DNA of 64,000 nucleotides from Dictyostelium discoideum (Eukaryota): NCBI GenBank assembly GCA_000004695.1, contig CM000153.2, positions 832,001 to 896,000 of the forward strand, read 5' to 3'. Shown piece by piece: positions 1 to 11,600 of this stretch (position 1 is its first letter; each line of letters starts with the position of its first letter). The notes under the pieces were generated by a model. It saw only the letters and a program-made list of their open reading frames with translations, ran no database searches and was not told where the DNA came from. The position numbers and the translations under genes were made by a program.

Positions 1-1180
1 GATGCGGAAGTGGAAAAAATAGAAGATTGTATTCAAAAGGGTGTTTGCACCGATGTAGATGCTGATCCATCCTCGTTTATAGAATGTGCAATATCTATTA
101 GTATTGAAATTTTATCAACAATTGAATAAACATTACAAGGAAGTGGATTAATTACACATGGTAGTTTTTATTTGGGTTTATCTGGTGTTTTAGTTTTTCT
201 TTCTGGAATTTAGGCACATTCCAATTCTATTTCAATGTTTAAACTTTGTGATAGAATAGTGAATTCTATATTAGTTAATAGGCCAAAGTTTACACCGTGT
301 GGTGGTGCATTTGATGGATTATCATCTGATATTTATGCAATTTGTTTCTCAGGTATAATAACAAAAAACCATTAATGGATAAATAAAGAAATTTCATTAG
401 TTTCAAATGAAATTTCAAAGGATTTAATTTTACAAAGTAAAGTTTTGGATATTGTAGGTGGGGTCACAGGTTGTCTATTAACAATATATGTTGTAAGATA
501 TAAAGTACCTCAAGAGCTAATTAACCTAGAAACTGCAGACCTTTTAGATTCATTAATAGATTTATCTGTAACAAAATTATTAAATTCTATAGAACTAGTA
601 AAGGAAATGAATACAGGCATATCACATGGTATTTATCACTTTCTTTACCTTATTTCAGAGCTGATTTGAAAAGTTCAGTACAATCATTTATTGAAAAAAT
701 AGTTATTTTGGAAGATGAACATTTTTGTTCTAAAACTCAAGAATGGAAAGATACAAGGGAAATTAATTGTAACTCAATAGTAATTGTGTATTCATGGTGT
801 TATGAAAGTCCTGGTATTTAAATTTCAAGAAAATTAATTGGTGATTCTTATAAATATCCAGTTGGATATGATAAAAATAAAATTTATGAAATGGAGCCAA
901 CAGATCTATCCTTTTGTTGTGATCTTTCAGGTAAAATAGATGTTTTATCTTTATTATTAAATGAAAATAGTGAAATAACATTTAAATATGCTCAATCATT
1001 AGTAAGAAAACTTTAGATAAAAAACAAATAATATTTGAAAATAACAGATATAGTTTTTTTAAAGGTATATCGGGAATTGGTTATGTTTTATTAAGATTAA
1101 GTAATTTAAAAAATATCCATTACCTCTTTTCTTTTTTTCATAATTTATTGATTTTTAAAAATAAAATAAAAAAAAAAAAA
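1..1180 (+). pseudogene. Degenerate LanC-like (lanthionine synthetase C-like) gene fragment. The 5' end is cut by the window edge.
   Basis: The plus-strand translation shows the LanC GxxG-repeat series: THGSFYLGLSGV, DIVGGVTGCLL, ISHGIYHFLYL, SWCYESPGI (the counterpart of the LanC WCHGAPG zinc-ligand motif, with His changed to Tyr), CCDLSGKIDVL and FFKGISGIGYVLLRL. It is interrupted by at least five in-frame stops (for example STIE*, SGI*, KNH*, SELI*, PGI*) and at least two frame shifts within 1.1 kb. The interruptions are too short and too GC-normal to be introns. ORF 445..669 is one surviving frame segment. Confidence 0.45.
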
Positions 1181-1346
1181 AATTAAAATATTAATTATAC
1201 GTGGTCAGGTTTTGTTTCTAAATTTTTAGATACTAAAATACAAATTGTTTTCTATTAAAATATCTGAACTTTCATAATATTTCATTGGATTTAATGTGTT
1301 AAAAAAAAAAAAAAGAAATTAATTTTTTTTTTTTTTGAATGTTTTA

Positions 1347-4266
1347 TTAAAAAACATATTTATTTAATATTGAGTTAATACTTTGTAATTGAGCTTGTAA
1401 CTCTGATGATATTTTGTTTGTAGTAGTAGTAGTAGTGGAAGGTGAGGATAAATTAGCGGATAAAGGTCTTGATGAAGTTACAGGTCTTCTAGTTGAAGAA
1501 GAAGAAGAAGAAGATGAGGAAGATGGAATAACTGGTTTTGGTTGTTCAGTTGTTATAAATTTAATGGATTCAAGTAATTGAGTAGCTTTTTGAGAGGATT
1601 GCATTTTACCAGGTTGACCACTTGAAGGGTCAGGTTGTTGAATTGTAGAGATGAGTGAATTATCTACCTCTTGAATTAACAAAGGTAGTGATTGAAGTAA
1701 TTGTTCATACAATTCCAATGGTATTGATTGTGGTGGTACATTATAGAGTATAGAGATAATAGTTAACATTGGGGTTGAATAACGTTCAGTATCATATGGT
1801 TTCAATCTATCTCTTTGTTGACTGTTCTTTATATATTCAATGAATTCTGGTGTTGCCAAATCATATTGGTCTTGAAGGTATTGATGAAATTCGTATTCTT
1901 CTGTGACAACATTTAAACAATTTAAAAGGACAATGAAAAATTGATCAAAAATAAACATATCCAATAAGATTGTCATATAAATTCTAATGATTGGCATTGA
2001 TAATATTAATGGTGGTTTATTCTTTGCGGAGAAATCAATTATATCTTCATCAGTTGCATTGGTTCCATCACCAATTGGAGCTGGACTATTTAATAATCTA
2101 AGGAAACCTTTCATAAAATGTAATTGATGAATGATTTGATCAGGGTTTGTTAAATATTCATTTAATTTCATTTCTTCTAAATCACCATTACCATAAATAA
2201 TTTGACCACCAATTGATGATGATAATTCTTTATCTTTAGAATTATTATTATTAGTAGTGGTAGTAGTAGTATTTGATCTACCCATTGAAGGTGATAATGA
2301 TATTGATGTTGTTGTTCCTGCTGCTGCTGTTGTTGTTGAAGATGAGTTACCACCAACTGAACTTGATCTATTATTTTTTAATAATGGTGAAGATGGTACT
2401 TGTAAAACACTATTATTACCACTAACATTTAATGGTGTTTGATTATTATTGTTTGAAGATGAAGATGATAATAAAATATTAGTTGAATCGCCTAAAGAAT
2501 ATTTCTTTTCAAATATACTTGGATGTAATAATAAACGAATGATTGGCATAATTTGAGATAATTTCAATTTAAATAATTCGATGACTTGAATTGCAAATTG
2601 AAAACATCTATTTGTATCATGAGCTAATAATACTTCGACGAGATCAACAATAGTTTCCATTCTAATACTATTTAAATCACCTTTTAATGTTGATAAAACG
2701 TCTCTCTCTATATCTTGAATTTCATCACCTACACCTTTAAAATTTTTAATATGATATTGAATATCCAAATTAACTTTTAATTCTTTAATTTTTGTCATTA
2801 AATTTGTGGATAACTTTGTTTGGAATTTTTCATAAAAAGTTGGTGGAATAAAGTACGCGTATTGTTCAATTTCGGCTAATGTCTCTTTTTTGCAATTCGC
2901 TTTTGGCATTGTTGATTTTAATACATCCGCTAGTGTATCATCTAAATTCTGTTGGAAACAAAGTGATAAAAGTATTTTAGCTTTCTCTAAACTCGTTGCA
3001 CTGCCAGCACGAGAATGTTTATTTGCTTGGGTGATTGCTTTCTCAAAGCCATTGATGAAATCACGATTGTAAATTAACCGTTCAGTGATTCTTTCAGAAC
3101 GTTCTTTCTTGTCGAATTTACTATGAATGATTGGATTCATGAATTTGGATTGAACATTTGCATAATATACTTCACCCGACTGATTAACACCATAACTATT
3201 GTACCCATCATTTTCAAAGAAACCACACGACACAAATGGTGATGTTTCATCCTTTTGAAATAGATTATAATGTGGTTCATTTAAAAGTGACCAAAATTTA
3301 TATTCACCATCAATACCAGAACTAACCAATAGTTCGCTATGAGCTGGACACCAATCGATTTTACTAATACTACTACTATGTGCAAGAAAACTAATTACAG
3401 GCTCTAAAGTTGAACGAAGATCCCAAATTGATATTTCACCACTATCAGTCGCTGATGCGAACCAATAAGGTACAAATGGATGCCATGCAACATCTTTAAT
3501 TGATACACTTGATTGATAAGATGATGAATTTTTACCATTACTACCACTACTACCACTAACACCACCACCACCACCACCACCTATTGCACCACTATTATTA
3601 AACCAAACTGTTGGTGATTTTCTTGTTGTACTATAACTACTTAATAAACGAGTATCAGTTATTTTTATAGAATTCTCAGAACCGCCAATTAAAGAATAAT
3701 TTCTTGAATGTGGTGACCATTGACTACAATAAACTGGTTGATCAGATACTTTGAATGTAATGGTTGGTCTAACTGCATCAGAGAAATCCCAAATATGATA
3801 ATAGTTATTCTCTAATGATGAAAATTGGTGAGTTGAAAGTTGATTGATTGCAACTGCTTTTATTGAGGTATTGAAACCCATCGAACCAATGGTTTGAGAA
3901 ACACTCTCTTTAAATCCTTTTAATTTCGTATGTACAAATGTCTCTCTCAATTCTGGATCATCCGTAGTGGTTGGATCGTTTTGATAATAATAAATATGAC
4001 CATCATTTGAACCTGCCACCATTGAATCATTCCACCATGATAATGATTTTATTGTTGATTCTTGTATAAACTCTTTAACTACTTTTACTGCTGGTTTACC
4101 ACCAATATTCTTTTCATTTGCATTTGCATCATTATTTGATTCTGGTCTTTTAATTGATACAACTCTACAAACATCTCTTTTTGTTGATGTATCTGATATT
4201 ACAATTTGATTTGATATCTATTAAAGTATATATATTAATCCAAAAATAAAAATTAATAAAAAACAA

Positions 4267-4301
<35 letters not shown>

Positions 4302-4465
4302 AAAATAGTTACATTTGAACTTGTAGCAGTTGTAATATTATCAATAGTTCTATCTAATAATCTTTCAAATGTTATATAATTCTTTTTATATCTCTTACCA
4401 GTGACTAATGCTAATTTTCTCCATGATGAACTTGCTTTACCTGGTGCATAAACATCTGTTCCCAT
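1347..4465 (-). CDS. WD40-repeat protein of unknown family. N-terminal beta-propeller plus roughly 500-aa C-terminal helical region, about 942 aa.
   Basis: Two exons: 4313..4465 (MGTDVYAPGKASSSWRKL...TATSSN, donor GTAACT) and 1347..4217 (stop included). The 95-nt AT-rich intron ends in AATAG and the phase-0 junction is in frame with ORF 1347..4022. WD motifs include ISIWDLRS and GIDGEYKFWSL, and there are poly-Gly and poly-Ser/Thr linkers. Confidence 0.8.
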
Positions 4466-5523
4466 TTAAATTTTATATATATATTTATATTTATTGTATG
4501 TATTTAAAAAAATAAATTTATAAGTTTATCCAATATTTGGATTAGTTATTATATAAAATCTAAACACTCGTGTGTGTGGATTTTTTTTTTTTTGTTTAGA
4601 ATGCTTTTTTTTTTTTTTTAATTTAAAAATTGGATTTGTTTGAAAAAAATAAAAAAAAAAAAAATAAAAAAAAATAAAAAAAATAAAAAAAAAAAAAAAA
4701 TAAAAGTAAAAAAAAAAAATTTCTTTTAATTTTTCAAATAGTACGCATAAAAAAAAAAAAACAAATATATAAAATGGATAAACAATTAGCAGATACTTTC
4801 ACTCAACTGTATGTGTATTTAAACATATACATATATAAATAACCATTACTTAAATTTATAATATAAAACTAATTTTTTGACTTGTTGAAAAAAACAAAAA
4901 AATTTATAATTGGACTATAGTTCCCAACAAAATGGTGTTGTTGGATATTGTTGTGTAGATGAAAGTGGACTTTGTTTAAAGGGTATATATATTATATATA
5001 TAAATCATAATATTAATTTAGGATAATAAAAATTATAACAATTACAATTGCATCAAATAACAAAGATATTTTCACCAGGTGGCATAGAATCTATGTTTAG
5101 AAAAACTAGATACAATTTTATTAATTTGTTTTTTTTTTTTTTTTTATTAAAAATCATACCTATCAATATAATCATTATCTTCAATACATATGTAAATATG
5201 ATATATCATTTTTTTATTTTTAGCACATGGAAATAAACAATCATCAAATGCAGGTTTTTATAAATCACTTTTAGATAAATCAAAGTTTTTAACTCAATCT
5301 GGTGAACCAGCAAATATTGTTATTGAAACAGATACAGCGTATGTAAAAAAAAAAAAAAAAAACAATTATTATTTTTAAAACATAATACTAATTAATAGTT
5401 TCATCCTTTTTATAGAAATATTTTCATTCAACAAAACGATAAAATTACTCTTAGTGTATCAAAACTTCCATAAATTTATATCTAAACATTTTAAAATAAA
5501 TTAAATAAAAAGAAAAAAAAAAG

Positions 5524-5554
<31 letters not shown>

Positions 5555-5649
5555 AAAGAATAATTTTAAAAATAGGATGGTGTTTGTTTTTTTTTTTTTA
5601 GATAATATATTATTATACCTTTTGTTTTTTATTTTATTTTATTTATTTT

Positions 5650-8600
5650 TTATAATTTATAATATGAACGTTTTGTAACACGACCATCAGAACCACAAGA
5701 GAATAAACCATTATTTTCTAATCTAACTTGCATTACACCATAGGTTGAAACTGGAGATTTGAAAACACCTGTTGGACGAACAAAAGTTTGTTTTTTATGA
5801 GCATCTTCAAAGGTATTGAGACAAGTCATCGATGGTAAGGACCAAATCTTAATGTTACCATCACTACTACCAGAGCAAACAAACTCTTCGAATGGATCCA
5901 ATGCCAATGATTTAGTATTTAAATGATGAGCTTTGAAACTTTCCAATTGTTTATGAGTACGAATATCGTAGAGTGACAATGAACCTTTCTTACCACCAAC
6001 GATGATAGTTTGACGTTTTGGAGAATAAACAATTGAGGATGCGCCATTCTCTTGATCGGTGTAAGAGGCAATCAATGATTTATTAGGTGGCAATAATACA
6101 TCCCATAGACAGATATCACGAGATTTGCTATCACTACTACTGATACCGGCAGTTGCCAATAAACTTCCAGAATTTAAAAATGTGAAATCCAAACATTGCT
6201 TAGAATGAGCTTGAAGTGAATAGAATGGTTTCAAGGTATCTTCTTGAGCTGCGAATTGCCACAACAAGATATTACCCGCCATATCGCATGCACCAAATTT
6301 AGTGCCACTTTGATTGAATTTACATCTAACGATTCTTGGTTTTTGAGGGAGTTGATAGGCAGTCAATACCTCTGGTATACCAAATTGCCATAAACAAACC
6401 GAACCATCGATACCACCCGATAAATAGAATGAAGAGTTTGGATGACTTTCTAAACATTGTACAATTATATTATGATCCATTTGTCTACTTGATCTTAAAC
6501 CACTGAATACCGTACTAATCTTACCTTTGGAGATGTTTAAAGATGAAACTGATTTACCAGTGATACGTGGTCTTTTATTATCTCTACTTGAAGATGGTGA
6601 ACTAATTAAATTCTCTGATGGATCTATATCATGTTCTTCCCTAATTTCACTAACCAATTGTTTATGATCAATCTCTCTAATACCACGAGTGGTTGCAATT
6701 GCCATAACATTTAATTCTGGTGAAGTTGGATCCAAACAAAATGATTGTAATAAATCACTATCCTTATAAATTTCAATCTCTTCTTCAAATTTAATTTTAC
6801 CACTACCACCACCAAATTGAACTTGGCTACCAACTTTTTTCAATGGCATTGGTTCATTATTTTTATTTACCTTACTATTATTATTATTGTTATTACCACC
6901 ATTAATATCTACTGGTAAAGTAATTTCAATACCAAGTATAATATGATCTAATAATTCTTTTTGATTTGTAATTAAAATTTTCCAAATTTGATATTGATCA
7001 GTTGAATTAAATTCTTTATAAGATTTTAAAAGTTCTAAAAAGTTTTCAATTGTTGTTTTAGTTGTATTATTGGTGAATTGATCTAAAATCTTTTGTGGAA
7101 CATGTAAAAGTTTTGATTGTGATGAACCAATCCAAAGTGATAAACGTTGATTCACTGAATCGAATACTTGATGGTATGGCAATGCCTTTACTAATTGATC
7201 GAAGCATTGTTTAAAATATTTCAATGAAAGGAAATCAAAGAATCTTTTTAAGAATTTATATATTAATTTCTTTTCATCATTAATTCTCTTTAATTCTTCT
7301 TTATCTAATATTTCATTTGGATCGTCATCTTCATCATCCATATCAAAATCATCATCATCATCATTATTATTATCACCAGCACCAATTAATTCATTATTTT
7401 CAGTATCTTTATAAGATCTAATTGGTAATTGTTTAATTTGATCAATGAATTGATTAAATTGTTGGATAGTATTCTTATTTTTGAATAATACTAATAACAC
7501 ATCGAAACGTTGTGAACCATAACCTAATAAAAATAACATCATATAAACTGTTGATAAAATCAATGAATGACTATGATAACGTTTATCAATAGACATAATT
7601 GATTGATAAATCTCTAATGAAACTGTTAATAATGGTTGTGATGCTGATGAATTCATTAACATTAAAATATTATCATCATCAAATCTTAATAATGATTTAA
7701 TTATTGAAATTGAAATTAATTCTAATATATCCATTGCTTTTTCATCACCATCTTCATTATTATTACTATTATTATTATTATTATTATTATATTTAGTTAA
7801 TTGAATTACTTGATAAACATATTGTCTATTTGAACAATATTCAATTAATGATTTAACAATTTCTTTTGGAATTAACTTGATTCTTTTTACATAAATATTC
7901 TAATGATTCTTTAAAATCTTTAAATTCCTCATCCCAATTATCAGCTTCTCTAGTTTCCATAATGGTTTCAAGTAAAACTTTAACAACCAATTTATCTTTT
8001 AATTCATTATCAATCAATGAATATAATGAAAGTTTTTCTTTTTTACTTGGTATGAATGTTGCTGCTTACAATGATGCTTCTGCATGCTGATAATGCTGCT
8101 TTATCTTCTCTATCTTTATTTGATTTTTCTTCTTCAATCTCTTTAATTGATTCTTCTTTTGGATTTATTACTATCTAACAACTCCCACCTATTATTATTA
8201 TTATTATTGGTGGTGGTTGATGATGGTGCACCAAAGTCTAAACCATAATTATTTGAAGATGATGATTGACTTGGTGTATTGAAATCTAATCCCATATAAT
8301 TTGATGATGAATTTTCTGGTTTTGATGGTGTACTACCAAAGTCTAAACCATAATTATTTGAATTTGATGATGATGATTGAGTTGGTGTATTGAAATCTAG
8401 TCCCATATAAGATGAAGAAGTCGATGGTTTTGATGGTGTACTACCAAAATCTAATCCTAAATCATTTGAATTTGATTGAGTTGGTGTATTGAAATCTAGT
8501 CCCATATAAGATGATGAAGTTGGTTTTGATGGTGCACTACCAAAATCTAAACCTAAATCATTTGAAGGTTTACTAAAGAAACCACTACTACTACCGCCTC

Positions 8601-11600
8601 CACCACCAAAATCTAAACCCAAATCATATGACGGTTTATTAAAGAAACCACTACCACCGCCACCACCACCAAAATCTAAACCTAAATCATTTGATTTTTG
8701 TTTTTCTTTTTCTAATCTTTCTTTTTCTTTTTCTTTTTCTTGTTGTTGTTGTTTTAATTTTTCTAATTTTTCAACTTCTTGACGTTCTTGATTATCAGTT
8801 AAAATGGTTGGATGAGATGCTTCTAATCTTTCAATATTTTCAAGTGCTAATAATGAACAACCACTATTGAAATAAGAGTAAGAACTAGTTCTTAAGAATT
8901 CATCTTCTTTCTTTTTATCCTCTGATAATTGACGTAATTGAACATGATTCTTTAAGAAACGGAAGAAATATAAAATGGAAGGACCTAATTGAGAAGCACG
9001 TAATTGTTGAGAGATTGGTGATACCACTTGAGTGGTTAAGGTTGTACCTGTAGCATTTGAGTAATTTGTACCAGTGGTTGATCTATTAATTGGTGATGAT
9101 ACCATTGAATTACGACTAGACATACCAATTGGTGTTGAATTACCAGAAACACCTAAACTATAACCACCACCACCACCACCACGTTGATTGTTATCATCTT
9201 CATCAAGTTTTCTATCACCATCTATTGAAACTGATGGTATTAAACATGTTATAGCATCTTCATACTTTTTCAATAACCAATTACAAATACTTAATAAACT
9301 ACGATCATTAGTTTTCTTTGCAAGTGGTATGATATGATCTTCAATGATCATACGTGAACATTCGCCATTCTCACCTTCATACAATCTTGAGATAACCAAT
9401 GCCAATTGGAAATCACCTTGCATTTGTAATAAAAGATTTACAGCTTTCTTTAATTGACCTGCTAAAAGGAATAATGAAGCAGCCAATTCATATTTATGTT
9501 TACTTTGTAAAAGGAATGCACTTTTATTTGCAGCAGTGATCCATTTAGCTTGAGTGAAATCTTGTGAAAGGAATTCAACTTGTTTTATATCTTTTGAAGC
9601 TTTATGCAATGCAACCAACGCACCTTTTTTACCCAATGCTAAATAATACAATGAACATTCTCTTGGGTCTCTTCTTTGAATGTAGGTTGTCTTTGCCAAC
9701 TTTTCCACTACATTTATCAAGGTACTTGGCGATTTAATCCACAAACCAGCACCAATTTGTTTTAAAGCATCCCAATCTGGATCGGTTGGGAAACAAGTTG
9801 AAAGAATAGTTTCTTGTGCCTCTGAATGTAACGCCCAAAGAATATCGGTTGTACTCAATGAGATTGGACGATCTTGTGGTGGTAATGATCTACGTAAAAA
9901 TTGGAATACCTTTGCTGACAATATGAAACGTGAACCATTCTCATCGAGACCACCTCTCATTTCACCAATTTCACCATAGGTATCGGTAACTGCTAACAAT
10001 TGAATTTGTTCACTACTTGAAAGATTACCCAATTTAATTGATGATAAAATTTCACTTAATTTTCTTGCTTGTCTTTTTGTAAATTTATTTGAATTTTCTA
10101 ATTCATCCCTATCACTATCGTCGTCGTCGTCGTCGTCATCGTCATCATCTTTATTACGATCATTACGATCATTATGATTATTCTTATCAATTGAATTCAT
10201 TCTATCCATATCATCAGAAGTACCAGTTTTCTTTGATTTTGAATTTGTAAATTCATCGAAATGAATAATCTCTTCAATTGATAATGGTGGTATGAAAACT
10301 GGTGATTTTGGTAAATCATTTAAATCATCATATTTTTCGAAAAGGAATTGACAAACATGTTTTAAGATCTTTTCAACAACACCAAATTTACCAGCCATCA
10401 TGTATTCAGTTAAGAATTTTGGATGATACATTGGTAAAGGACGTTGAAGTTCAGAATGTTGATGATAAATTGAATTCAATTTGGTATTGTAATCATGACC
10501 AACCGTTTGAAATTGTGATAATGCTAAGTTGTCATTGATGTTGTTAAGTTTTGACCATTTTGTAAACACCATAATTTGATTACCAGCACTAACATACAAT
10601 GATAGATCTTTACCCCATTCTAAGCTACTACATGGCGAGGTTAAATCATCATAGTTATGAGTTTGAACCCATGGTCTCTTATAACTACCAATCACTCTAT
10701 CCACTGGTTTATTTAAGATTTTCACTTGGTTACCATACCCAAATGCAACTGAATAGCTACCATCATCTAAACTAACAAAACTAAAACAACAACTAATAAT
10801 ATCCTCATGTGCCAATGACGATGATGATGCCGCTAATGCCGTTCCGACACCAACATTGTTTGTACTGGCTTTCAATAAAATTGTAGTTGTAAGTGGCGGT
10901 GATTTAAATGCACCAATTCCTGAAGTTGGTGATGTTATTATAACTTGTGGTGTATTTAATGGTGTAGCAATTGCTGTTGTTGTTGTTGTTGTTGTTGTTG
11001 TTATTGCTTGTGGTATTTCACTATCTATATAAAATTTAATGGTATCTTCTAAACGTAACTTTGGTGTATGTGATTCTAATTCCCAAATATGAATTTCTGG
11101 ATTTGGATTAGTAGAGAATGCTTTTGATGCAAATCTACCAAAATAAGCTGCTTTAACTGATTCAACTGGTTGTTGATATGCATGATAACCACCCATTTCA
11201 CCAATTGTCCAATCTTCGAATTTGATCTCTTCTTCACTATCACCACCCTTTACAAATGATATTTTTGGTGTTATACCAAATACTGATACATAACCATCAA
11301 TACTACCAGTAATACAAATTGGATGTGTTAAAACTACTCTATCTTCATTATTGTACTTTTCATTATTATTATTATTATTATTATCGTCATTATTATCGTC
11401 ATCATCATTATCACTAAAATCTTCATTTTGATTTTTATTCATTTTATTAATAGTTGTCATATCGAAAATACCTTTTGGTGCAGCACAAATACAAGAAATT
11501 CTTGAATCCCTTTCAAATTCTTTTGTTGCTAATAATTTTGATTTTAAAATTGATGGAGAGGATGATGAAGAATATTTGAAATCCTTTTCAACACTAACAC

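Noticed and set aside
2257-3072. Short plus-strand ORFs 2257..2442 and 2890..3072 (and 10302..10538, and the cluster 16355..17511 on both strands).
   Set aside because: They are embedded antisense or out of frame inside long, conserved coding exons (WD40 gene, DmX-like, eIF3b).
5048-5471. Candidate small spliced gene (ORF 5048..5236, exon-like piece 5226..5338 with GTATGT donor, acceptor at 5398).
   Set aside because: I could not find a phase-consistent donor for the first exon. The pieces do not assemble into a single reading frame. This is probably promoter or 3' UTR DNA between two minus-strand genes.
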